64,000 nucleotides of DNA from a bacterium (GTDB lineage Bacteria > Hinthialibacterota > Hinthialibacteria > Hinthialibacterales > Hinthialibacteraceae): the NCBI GenBank assembly GCA_963662285.2, contig CAXXMV010000002.1, positions 1,312,001 to 1,376,000 on the forward strand. The letters are read 5' to 3'. The translations under genes were made by a program, and so were the position numbers. Positions within the stretch are counted from its first letter, which is position 1. Each line of letters starts with the position of its first letter. Shown here piece after piece: positions 50,209-58,750 of the stretch. The notes under the pieces are model-generated. The model was not told where the DNA came from and did not search any database. It saw only the letters and a program-made list of their open reading frames with translations.

Positions 50209-50297
50209 AGAGACTCTGAAGAATATTCAACACAAAAATGAATAGGGGACGGTCTATGACCGTCCCTTTTGCGTATAATACTTATGGGAATAATTTT

Positions 50298-51671
50298 ATG
50301 CCAGAAAAACCAAGAAAACAAACAAAATCAAATAATAAGTGCTCACCAGCAAGAATCGCCGCTTTAGAAGTATTAAATGCGGTTTTGACGGATGGCAAAA
50401 CGTTGTTAGATACGTTGCCTGAGTTAGAAAAAGGGGATTATGATCCAAGAGATTTGGCGCTGGCCCGCGAAATCATATCCGGTAGCTGCCGGTGGTTGGG
50501 ATTAAACCGGTACTACTTGAAATCCTTAGCTCCACGCCTGGAAGACTTTCCACCTGTAGTGCAACGGATATTGGAGATGTCGGTTTACCAATTGACCAAG
50601 CTCGACCGGGTTCCAGATTATGCGGTGATATCCGATGCAGTAGAACTGACGCGATTAAGCAAGTTGCAGGGACTTACCAAAGCCGTAAACGGTATATTGC
50701 GTAATATTACCCGGAAATATAAAGATATCGCTTTACCTGATGCTGGTAAAGATAAAGGCGAATATCTTTCCATCACCTATTCTATTCCTCTGTGGTTGGT
50801 CAATAAGTGGTTGGATTTATGGACTTACGAAGAAGTTGAATCGTTCTGCGAATTCAACAACACCCGCGCTTCGCTATCTCTGAGAATTAGATGCGATCTT
50901 CAAACCGCGCTGGATGATTTACGAAAACTAAATATAACCGCTGAAACCGATGAACGATTCTCAAACCGGCTGGTTATTAACCAGGAAGAACGCGTGCCGC
51001 AATCGGTTTACAATTCAACGATGTGGAATGTTCAAGATGGAGCGGCATTGATGATTGCTCCTATTCTCGATCCCCAACCGGGATGGAAAATTTGGGATGT
51101 TTGCGCTGCTCCGGGCGGTAAGACATTTCACCTCGCCGATCTGAGCGATGACCAGACCAAAATCATCGCCAGCGACCGCAACGCCAGCAGATTGAATAAG
51201 TTAAATAAACAGATCAACAAATACTCCCCCGGTAAAATTTCTACTTTAGAAATTGACGCCTTGCTTGATCACCCCCCCTTGGAGGGAAGCGCATTTGATG
51301 CCATTCTTATTGATGCGCCTTGTTCTGGCTGGGGAACCTTTCGGCGTCACCCGGATTTGCGCTGGCGGCTTCAAAGCGGTGATGCCCGCCGATTTGGCAA
51401 TCAAGCGCTTAAGATATTGGAAAACATTAATAAAGCGCTCAGACCCGGTGGAATTTTGGTTTACTCTACTTGTACGCTTTCTACGGAAGAAAACCAAAAT
51501 GTCATCAACACTTTTCTTGATCGCCATCAGGAATTCACGGTTGAGCCAGTTGCGCCGTATCTTCCGCCAGCATTTAAGGACGCGCAGACCAAGGAAGGAT
51601 TTCTATTTGTATTTCCACCGCTCTGGAATATTGACGGCGCTTTCGCTGCGCGGTTGCGTAAAAAGATATAA
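50298..51671 (+). CDS. rsmB: 16S rRNA m5C967 methyltransferase (NusB-like domain plus methyltransferase)
   Basis: VNGILR, DVCAAPGGKT, DAPCSG and YSTCT motifs. Confidence 0.93.
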   Translation: MPEKPRKQTKSNNKCSPARIAALEVLNAVLTDGKTLLDTLPELEKGDYDPRDLALAREIISGSCRWLGLNRYYLKSLAPRLEDFPPVVQRILEMSVYQLTKLDRVPDYAVISDAVELTRLSKLQGLTKAVNGILRNITRKYKDIALPDAGKDKGEYLSITYSIPLWLVNKWLDLWTYEEVESFCEFNNTRASLSLRIRCDLQTALDDLRKLNITAETDERFSNRLVINQEERVPQSVYNSTMWNVQDGAALMIAPILDPQPGWKIWDVCAAPGGKTFHLADLSDDQTKIIASDRNASRLNKLNKQINKYSPGKISTLEIDALLDHPPLEGSAFDAILIDAPCSGWGTFRRHPDLRWRLQSGDARRFGNQALKILENINKALRPGGILVYSTCTLSTEENQNVINTFLDRHQEFTVEPVAPYLPPAFKDAQTKEGFLFVFPPLWNIDGAFAARLRKKI

Positions 51672-51680
51672 GGTTAGGTC

Positions 51681-52709
51681 ATGAGAATCATTCGCTCATT
51701 TTTTTCTTTAATCCGGCTTTTTATTATCACGGGCATGTTCCTTGCGCTTCTTCTTGTTGGAATGGCTACAGGCGGCTTTTTCTTGCTGGATTGGATTGTA
51801 ACCGGAGAGATGGTCTTGGTTCCAAACCTCTATGGAAAACCTGAATCTGAAGCCATCGAACTTCTTGTAAAACAGGGGCTTATGCCAAAATTACCGGTTG
51901 AAGAACGCACTAGTTCGTACGTTAAACCCGGTCTGGTCATTAGCCAGCATCCTGCGCCTGATGCGCCAGTTAAAAAACACCGTTATATATCGATGGTTAT
52001 CAGCAAAGGACGTGAGAAAGTGTTCGTTCCCGATTTCACCAACCGGGATGTTTCCGATATATACGGTGATATGCGAAGCGCCGGCTTGGAAACAGGTCAA
52101 CAGGCCAGGGTCTATCATCCGACTTATGACGCAGGAATTATCATCTCCCAGGAACCTTCTTCGGGCAGGCGTTTTATGTATGGAAAACGCATTAATCTTC
52201 TTATCAGCCTTGGCCCACGTCCCAAAGAATATATCATGCCTAATTTTTTAAATATGGATTTGGATTATGTTAACCAGAATCTCCAGAATAAATCATTTGA
52301 TATTCCTGAAGATGGGATTGAATTTGAACGAAGCACAGATATTACTAAATGGTCCAAAGTTCTTAAACAGCATCCCGCAGCCGGATCAAGAGTATTACAG
52401 AATGAACGCATTAAAATAACGGTTGGGTCCAGTGGCCTGGAAATGGCCGAACTCAGGTTGATCGAGATTAATTTCCCGGTTCCTAAAAATGTTTATCGTG
52501 AAAATTTACAATTAGTCATCCGGGATGATATCTCTTCTTTATTCGATGAGCCTTCAGTAATACCACTGAATATTGAATATTGGCAAAAACAAATAGATAT
52601 GGCAATTCCTGTATTCGGAAATGCGTTAGTAACGCTTTCTGCAATTAGCGATATATCTCAATTCCCCAGCCAGCCTATGCTTTATTCGCAGTATTTTCCT
52701 ACACAATAG
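51681..52709 (+). CDS. Membrane-anchored PASTA-repeat protein (no kinase domain)
   Basis: N-terminal TM and three PASTA repeats (VPNLYG, VPDFTN, MPNFLN; ISQ.P). Confidence 0.85.
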   Translation: MRIIRSFFSLIRLFIITGMFLALLLVGMATGGFFLLDWIVTGEMVLVPNLYGKPESEAIELLVKQGLMPKLPVEERTSSYVKPGLVISQHPAPDAPVKKHRYISMVISKGREKVFVPDFTNRDVSDIYGDMRSAGLETGQQARVYHPTYDAGIIISQEPSSGRRFMYGKRINLLISLGPRPKEYIMPNFLNMDLDYVNQNLQNKSFDIPEDGIEFERSTDITKWSKVLKQHPAAGSRVLQNERIKITVGSSGLEMAELRLIEINFPVPKNVYRENLQLVIRDDISSLFDEPSVIPLNIEYWQKQIDMAIPVFGNALVTLSAISDISQFPSQPMLYSQYFPTQ

Positions 52710-52729
52710 AGCGCCTGGCTATAAACATA

Positions 52730-52759
52730 TTATAGATTATCGTTTTATAGATTATCGTT
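52730..52759. repeat. Perfect 15-bp tandem repeat (x2)
   Basis: ttatagattatcgtt-ttatagattatcgtt. Confidence 0.8.
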
Positions 52760-52879
52760 CTAAAAACTGCTGGTTTTTAGGATTATGCAAAATTATTGTC
52801 AATTTTTGAACAGTAATCAAAAATGAGAATAATTTGTAATCTTAAAACACACAAATAAATAGGAAACAAACAATACAAT

Positions 52880-52907
52880 AAAGATTAATAGAAAGATTAA
52901 TAGAAAG
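52880..52907. repeat. 12-bp tandem repeat (x2.3)
   Basis: aaagattaatag-aaagattaatag-aaag. Confidence 0.75.
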
Positions 52908-53014
52908 TATCTTTATTTTAATAAACGTATATCTTACTGTAAATAATAAACTTACATTCAATCAATCCCCTTTCAGGCTAAATGATAAACCAAACGAACA
53001 AACACAATAAATAT

Positions 53015-53029
53015 TGGCATGCACATTGC
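53015..53029 (+). promoter_or_regulatory. Sigma54 (-24/-12) promoter
   Basis: TGGCATG-CACA-TTGC matches the TGGCAYG-N4-TTGC consensus. Confidence 0.65.
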
Positions 53030-53052
53030 TTCTTATATATATTATAATTAAT

Positions 53053-53072
53053 ATACAATCAATTGATTGTAT
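53053..53072. promoter_or_regulatory. Perfect 20-bp palindrome, putative operator
   Basis: atacaatcaattgattgtat is its own reverse complement. Confidence 0.55.
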
Positions 53073-53367
53073 CTATTTGAAAGCATTTAACTTATAAACG
53101 AATTATTGGAGAGGTTTGCATCAAACGTTCTTTTCTCGCTTCAAAAAAAACCAGAATAAGAGGAACTTTTTGAAGAAAAAACGTGACTATATAGCGGTAA
53201 GAGTATTTTTCAAAATAACGTTTTGATACACGATATTAAACGAACAAAATTTTGATAATCGTTCTTAATTGTATGAATTACCGTTTTAACTTACTTTTTT
53301 TGAGAATTGCTTTAAATGAACCTAATTTTGAGAACCACTTTAATACAATTCTTTTTGGAGAATTATC

Positions 53368-54033
53368 ATGAAAAATGACCGTCCCACACGCCTGCAAATC
53401 CTGTCTTTGTTAAAAAAACAAGGACAGATGACATCCAAACAGGTAGGAGACATAATTGGAGTAACCTCGATGGGCGCTCGACAACATCTAACGTCTATGG
53501 AGAAAGACGGATTGGTTTCATCTCAATTCGTTCGTCAAAAAGCTGGCCGCCCCGCTTTGTATTTCACTTTAACCTCTAAATCTGACACTATGTTCCCCCA
53601 GCGATATGGTTCATTAGCAATGGATATTCTAAAAGGTTTGGAAAAACTGGAAGGCCGGGATAAGATTGAAGAGATTTTATTTGAACGGCGGGAACATTTG
53701 CAAGAAATTATAAATACTGCAATTAACGAAAATGGTATGGCAAACGGTTCGTTTGAAGATAAAATTGAAAAACTGGCGCAGATACAAAACAACGATGGAT
53801 TCATGACCGAAGTCCAGCAAAAGGATGATGTATTTCTACTGGTGGAACACAACTGCCCCATCCATACGATTGCCAAAGAATATAATGAGATTTGCAGTCA
53901 CGAGTTGGAACTATTCAAAAAGGTTTTGAAAGTTCCTATCGAGCGCATCGAACATATTGCTAAAGGCGACCGCTCTTGTATATACAAGATTCTTGCAAAA
54001 GAAACTGGCAAAAGCTCTGAGTCAAAGAAATAG
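53368..54033 (+). CDS. SufR-like HTH transcriptional regulator (putative Fe-S binding)
   Basis: N-terminal wHTH (RQHL..ME.DGLV, GRP) and C-terminal HNCP-x11-C...GDRSC cysteine pattern. Confidence 0.82.
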   Translation: MKNDRPTRLQILSLLKKQGQMTSKQVGDIIGVTSMGARQHLTSMEKDGLVSSQFVRQKAGRPALYFTLTSKSDTMFPQRYGSLAMDILKGLEKLEGRDKIEEILFERREHLQEIINTAINENGMANGSFEDKIEKLAQIQNNDGFMTEVQQKDDVFLLVEHNCPIHTIAKEYNEICSHELELFKKVLKVPIERIEHIAKGDRSCIYKILAKETGKSSESKK

Positions 54034-54072
54034 AGCAATTCTCAATACAATTATTTATCATCATGTTTTGCC

Positions 54073-54104
54073 TTCAAAAAGCCCATTTTTTCGGGCTTTT
54101 TGAA
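54073..54104 (+). terminator. Intrinsic terminator
   Basis: ttcaaaaagccc-attttttc-gggctttttgaa. Confidence 0.75.
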
Positions 54105-54337
54105 AGAGAAAGATCAGCGTTTTTATACAAACCACCTCCGTGATCACAAACTCTTTGCCAACCATGCATTCACAGCAATAAATCTATTCAAAAATCAACT
54201 CAACCAGCCATTGCGCTAAAGGCGCTCATATCGTAATCTGTTATAGTGATAATTAAAATAATGAAGGCTCCAATGCACTTTATTATGATTTTCGCCCAAG
54301 ATTTATTTCGATTTTAAAAATTCGGGAGAATATTGCT

Positions 54338-55474
54338 ATGATCAATATAAAGAATAGTTATCTTTTCATAAGCGCCCTGATGGCCTTTAGCGTTGTTCTT
54401 AACTCATGCGCTGTTGGGGACGATAGTCCTATAAAATTCAAAAAACATACTATCAACGCCGATTCGCGCTTTGAAGCAGCCGGTATTGGAGATATTGATG
54501 GCGATGGTAAATCTGACATCATGTGCGGCGGCTTCTGGTATCAGGCCCCCGATTGGAAAAAGCATCGCGTCTGCGACATCAAAGAACAAAGCGAGTATTT
54601 CGACGATTTCGCCAACCTGCTACAGGATGTTGACGGAGACGGCGATCTTGATTCAGTTTCAGTTACCTATTTCGGAAAAGAAGCCCTGTGGCGCGAGAAT
54701 CCCGGCAAGACAGGCGTCGACTGGACAAATCATTCCATCGACCAACCAGGCAATTCCGAGACCGGCTTCTTCTTCGACATGAACGGTGACGGCGTTATGG
54801 ATATTATCCCCAACGTCCAGCAGGAATCAGTCTGGTATGAAAAAGTCAAAGGCAAACCAGACTGGATCAAACATGTAATTGGCAAAGAAGGCGGACATGG
54901 CTTCGGCGTGGGCGACGTCAATAACGACGGTATAACAGATTTTCTCGTCTCCAAAGGATGGTATGAAGTATCAAAATCCGGCGCCGAACTCACATACCAA
55001 TGGCATCCGGAGTGGAACCTGGACCGCCCTGGCGTTCCCATGCTGGTGCATGACGTGAACGGCGACGGATTAAACGACGTCATCTATGGCGCCGGGCACG
55101 GCTATGGCGTTTTTTGGCTCGAACAACAACAGCAAGACGGCAAGCGCTCATGGAAAGAACACTTGATTGATAAAACATGGTCGCAACCCCACGCCATGTT
55201 CCTGCTTGATCTCAATAACGACGGCACTCTGGAACTGTTGACCGGCAAACGGCATCGCGCTCACAACGGCAATGATCCCGGCGGCAAAGAACCTAATATC
55301 GTTTGCTATTACACCTTGCATAAAGATGGCCAATGGACCAAACATATCATTGATCAAAACACTAAAACAGGATTTGGTTTAATGCCCGACATCAAAGATA
55401 TTGACGGCGATGGAGACCTGGATATTCTCTGTCCCGGTAAAAGCGGTCTTTTTCTTTTGGAACAAATCCAGTAA
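54338..55474 (+). CDS. FG-GAP/VCBS repeat beta-propeller lipoprotein
   Basis: Lipobox-like LNSC and about 7 DxDGDGxxD repeats. Confidence 0.88.
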   Translation: MINIKNSYLFISALMAFSVVLNSCAVGDDSPIKFKKHTINADSRFEAAGIGDIDGDGKSDIMCGGFWYQAPDWKKHRVCDIKEQSEYFDDFANLLQDVDGDGDLDSVSVTYFGKEALWRENPGKTGVDWTNHSIDQPGNSETGFFFDMNGDGVMDIIPNVQQESVWYEKVKGKPDWIKHVIGKEGGHGFGVGDVNNDGITDFLVSKGWYEVSKSGAELTYQWHPEWNLDRPGVPMLVHDVNGDGLNDVIYGAGHGYGVFWLEQQQQDGKRSWKEHLIDKTWSQPHAMFLLDLNNDGTLELLTGKRHRAHNGNDPGGKEPNIVCYYTLHKDGQWTKHIIDQNTKTGFGLMPDIKDIDGDGDLDILCPGKSGLFLLEQIQ

Positions 55475-55499
55475 TGTTAAATATCTTTGGTTTATCAAG

Positions 55500-55535
55500 T
55501 CCCCTCTCCCACAGGGAGAGGGTTAGGGTGAGGGG
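55500..55535 (+). repeat. REP-like CCCTCTCCC...GGGTGAGGG element, copy 3
   Basis: tcccctctcccacagggagagggttagggtgagggg. Confidence 0.8.
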
Positions 55536-55579
55536 TAAACTAAAACCACTACCCGGCATTCTTCAAATAAGGTAGCATA

Positions 55580-56347
55580 ATGAAAGAACTGTTAGACTTT
55601 GCCATTCAAACAGCGGAACAAGCAGGAAAAATAACCCTTAAATATTTCCAAAGCGATATTGATATCGAAGTCAAACCGGACAACTCTCCGGTTACCGCGG
55701 CTGATCGTGAAGCTGAAGATTTTATCCGGCAGGAAATAGAAAAACGTTTCCCAGATGATGGAATCCTGGGTGAGGAGTTTGGCGAGAAAGAAGGAACATC
55801 CGGCTTCCGCTGGATGCTCGATCCGATTGACGGCACCAAAAGTTTCATTCGCGGCGTTCCACTTTATGGAACCATGATCGGTCTGGAAAAAGATGGTGAA
55901 CCGCTAATCGGCGTGGTTCGCTTTCCACCCCTCAAACAGACCATTTCAGCATTAAAGGGCAATGGCTGCTACTTAAACCTTCAAAAATGCGCCGTCTCCA
56001 AAACAGAGAAACTGGCCAACGCGACTCTAACCATGACGTCGTTTGGCGATCTGGCAAGCGATTGGGGCGACAAGGTTCTGCTGCGTTTGATTCGCAAAAC
56101 CTCGCTGCACCGCACTTGGGGCGATTGCTATGGACACATGATGGTGGCCAGCGGTCAAGCCGATATATGCATTGACACCATAATTCATTTATGGGACGTT
56201 ACTCCACTGATCCCCATCATTCAGGAAGCGGGGGGCGTTATCACCAACCTTAATGGCGACACCTCAATCAAAATATCAAACGCTATCGCCACTAATGGCA
56301 TACTGCACGATGAAATACTTGAAATAATAATGTCATCAAAAGAATAA
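55580..56347 (+). CDS. hisN: Histidinol-phosphatase (inositol monophosphatase family)
   Basis: KPDNSPVT.AD, GEEFG, LDPIDGTKSFIRGVP.YGTMI, WGDCYG and WD..P motifs typical of the HisN subgroup. Confidence 0.78.
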   Translation: MKELLDFAIQTAEQAGKITLKYFQSDIDIEVKPDNSPVTAADREAEDFIRQEIEKRFPDDGILGEEFGEKEGTSGFRWMLDPIDGTKSFIRGVPLYGTMIGLEKDGEPLIGVVRFPPLKQTISALKGNGCYLNLQKCAVSKTEKLANATLTMTSFGDLASDWGDKVLLRLIRKTSLHRTWGDCYGHMMVASGQADICIDTIIHLWDVTPLIPIIQEAGGVITNLNGDTSIKISNAIATNGILHDEILEIIMSSKE

Positions 56348-56515
56348 TTTTCGCCAGGGTAGCGGGATTCTCACAATCAGTATCCTACATTTTTTTGGGA
56401 TAATTGCTCTAAAGAGAGGTTTACGTTATATAATACCAAGAACTCTGATTATCAATAATTGTATTTCAAAAACAATTTGATAGAATCCGCTTCTCTTTGC
56501 TCAATCCTGAGGAAT

Positions 56516-56547
56516 AAAAAAAGCCCAGTCAATTATGACTGGGCTTT
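56516..56547 (-). terminator. Intrinsic terminator
   Basis: aaagcccagtca-atta-tgactgggcttt with an A7 run (T-tract on the minus strand). Confidence 0.8.
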
Positions 56548-56572
56548 CGTAAAAGATTGATTTCAGCAACCT

Positions 56573-57118
56573 TTACTCTAAAGAGACGTTACTACCATGT
56601 TTTATAGTATTTCCATCCGATAATGTAAATTGATAGTTATATATTTTAATTCCATCATCAGATATAGATTCACCGAGAAATTCGTAATTCTTTTCTGCAA
56701 TGAGTTTCTGAATTTCCTGATAAACAGCATCGGCTTGTTCTTGAGTCGCGTTGGGATCATCCGAACAATAGTATGAGCACTTTACTTTCGTCTTGATTGT
56801 TTGTTTGATCTTCCCATCCGGGAGAGTTTGAACATTATCTTCCAGTACCTCTGTTGTGAAGTCGCCTGTTTGGAAGATAACAAATGGTCTGATTTTTGAT
56901 ATGCCCGCCCAGGCGCCTGCCCCAAGAACCAGAGCGAGACAAATACCTAATGTCAAAGTTACTCTTTTACTTAGAAATGTTCTAATAGTCATAATCGGTT
57001 TTTCCTTTCGCATTTCACGAATTAGTTGGTTTTTCAAACGTTGCCGATGACCGCTTTCGACGACATGCGGCGCCATAGTGTTTCGGAGTAGGTCTTCGAC
57101 TTCTCGGTTGTGAGTCAT
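56573..57118 (-). CDS. Putative anti-sigma factor (single TM)
   Basis: Short cytoplasmic N-terminus (H...LK..L), one TM and a periplasmic domain, directly downstream of the ECF sigma. Confidence 0.6.
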   Translation of the reverse strand: MTHNREVEDLLRNTMAPHVVESGHRQRLKNQLIREMRKEKPIMTIRTFLSKRVTLTLGICLALVLGAGAWAGISKIRPFVIFQTGDFTTEVLEDNVQTLPDGKIKQTIKTKVKCSYYCSDDPNATQEQADAVYQEIQKLIAEKNYEFLGESISDDGIKIYNYQFTLSDGNTIKHGSNVSLE

Positions 57119-57176
57119 GATATTAAATCTTTCTTAGTACCAATTAAGGCTTTGTGGAGTGGCCGCTTCCATATAG

Positions 57177-57205
57177 TTAAATACCGATTGATAACAAAAG
57201 TTGCA
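57177..57205 (-). promoter_or_regulatory. ECF promoter copy before the anti-sigma gene
   Basis: TGCAAC-N14-GGTATTTAA, with the same spacing as the copy at 57892-57920. Confidence 0.6.
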
Positions 57206-57209
57206 TTAT

Positions 57210-57854
57210 TTATGCATTTTTTTTATCCATGAGTTTTCGTAATAATTTCAGACCACGATGGAGCAATGACTTCACAGTTCCAATTCGCTTGTCTAGTACA
57301 TTGGCTATATCCTGATAGGATAGATTTTCGAAATAGCGAAGAGTAATCACGGATTGATAACGGTCGGGTAGTTGCCAAAGCAAAGTCAACAGCCGAATGT
57401 AAGTTTCCATTTTTTGTTTCTTGCATTCCTGCGCTTCTATGTCCAACTCAGTGAAATCAATCTGCTCTATCTCTTTTTCCCAATTAATGGAGCGGTAACC
57501 CTTTTCCATTGTTTGGCGACGTTTCGCTTTGCGAAAGTAATTACGGATTTCGTTAGAAGCAATCCTGTATAACCAGGCGCGAAAAGGAGCTTTATGTTTG
57601 TATCGGGGCAGGGCTTTCAAAGCATTAAAAAAAGTGTTTGAAGTCAGGTCTTCTGATAGGGAGCGATCAAGAGTACGGTGGAAAATATAGCCTAAAATCA
57701 CCGAATAGTGGAGTTCATATAACTGCCCGAATGCTTCAGGGTTGGTTTTGGCCTCTTCAATAATATTAGTTTCCGTGCATGTAAAGGTTGGATGATCAAT
57801 CTTAAAAAGGATTTCTTCCTCAAATTTTTGCTGAACATTGGATATAACGGGCAT
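57210..57854 (-). CDS. ECF RNA polymerase sigma factor
   Basis: Region 2 (AFGQLY, EDLTS.TF, FRAWLYRIASN) and region 4 (LP..Y..VI.LRYFE.LSY..IA..L....GTVKS.LHRG). Confidence 0.93.
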   Translation of the reverse strand: MPVISNVQQKFEEEILFKIDHPTFTCTETNIIEEAKTNPEAFGQLYELHYSVILGYIFHRTLDRSLSEDLTSNTFFNALKALPRYKHKAPFRAWLYRIASNEIRNYFRKAKRRQTMEKGYRSINWEKEIEQIDFTELDIEAQECKKQKMETYIRLLTLLWQLPDRYQSVITLRYFENLSYQDIANVLDKRIGTVKSLLHRGLKLLRKLMDKKNA

Positions 57855-57891
57855 TGTATATTCCTGATGATATAGAATAGTCCTCTATTAT

Positions 57892-57920
57892 TTAAATGCC
57901 AGATTAGGGAATATGTTGCA
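57892..57920 (-). promoter_or_regulatory. ECF promoter copy before the sigma gene (autoregulation)
   Basis: TGCAAC-N14-GGCATTTAA. Confidence 0.6.
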
Positions 57921-58113
57921 TTTTATTTTTTATACTGATGATTCCATGCAATTCAGGAAGGGGTAATTCTTGATCTTTTCTGATCTCTTTAGGATATAAG
58001 TCTGTGGGTTTTAGAATATGAACTTTTGGGGTAGATCATTGTTTATTTTGAACATGCTCCATAATGTAGAAAGAAGGATGGGGTAAAGCGAAAGCGCGTC
58101 CTATCGAGCAACT

Positions 58114-58722
58114 TCATACAGTCCACTGGCAGAAATTCTTTAGCATACGCAGCCCTACCGGGCCGCTTTTTTCGAGGTGAAATTGGGTGGCGATCAGGTT
58201 GTCGCGCGCTACTGCGCTGGTAAAGCGGATGCCGTATTCCGTCTCGCCAATGGTGACTGTAGGGTCGCTGGGCGCGCTGTAGAAGGAATTTACGAAATAG
58301 AAATCTGAATTATCAGGTACGCCTTCAAACACGGGATGCGAGCGCACCTGCTTTACCTGGTTCCAACCGATTTGGGGGATTTTAAGTTCTGATGCGGGGA
58401 AGCGTTTCACTTCTCCCGGCAGGATGCCCAGGCATTGCGCGTCGTCTTCTTCACTTTTATCAAACAGTATCTGAATGCCAATGCAGATCGCCAGAAAGGG
58501 CTTTCCCTTTTCCAAGACCTGCTGTTTTACAATTTCCGTTAAACCGGTTTGGTTTAGAACATCCATCGACGCCCCGGCCGCGCCGACTCCGGGAAAGATG
58601 ATCCGGTCGGCCTTATCAATGGCTTCGGGGTTTCGGGTGATCTCGCCATCGAAGCCCAGGTGATTAACCGCTCGCAATACGCTGGTCAGGTTTCCGCCTT
58701 CATAATCGATGATTGCAATCAT
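58114..58722 (-). CDS. hisH: Imidazole glycerol phosphate synthase glutaminase subunit
   Basis: IIDY..GNL.SV, FPGVG, ICIG catalytic Cys, PQIGWN and QFHLEKSG motifs. Confidence 0.93.
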   Translation of the reverse strand: MIAIIDYEGGNLTSVLRAVNHLGFDGEITRNPEAIDKADRIIFPGVGAAGASMDVLNQTGLTEIVKQQVLEKGKPFLAICIGIQILFDKSEEDDAQCLGILPGEVKRFPASELKIPQIGWNQVKQVRSHPVFEGVPDNSDFYFVNSFYSAPSDPTVTIGETEYGIRFTSAVARDNLIATQFHLEKSGPVGLRMLKNFCQWTV

Positions 58723-58750
58723 TATCCAGTATCCCGGTCAGTCTGTTATA

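Noticed and set aside
53108-53227. GGAGAGG followed by a TTG-started 36-codon ORF in the SufR-like leader
   Set aside because: RBS-to-start spacing is only about 2 nt and the peptide is low-complexity; it cannot be supported without ribosome profiling.
52710-53367. AT-rich 650-bp spacer as a replication origin
   Set aside because: No TTATCCACA-type DnaA boxes were seen and there is no dnaA/dnaN/gidA context. Promoter elements explain it better.
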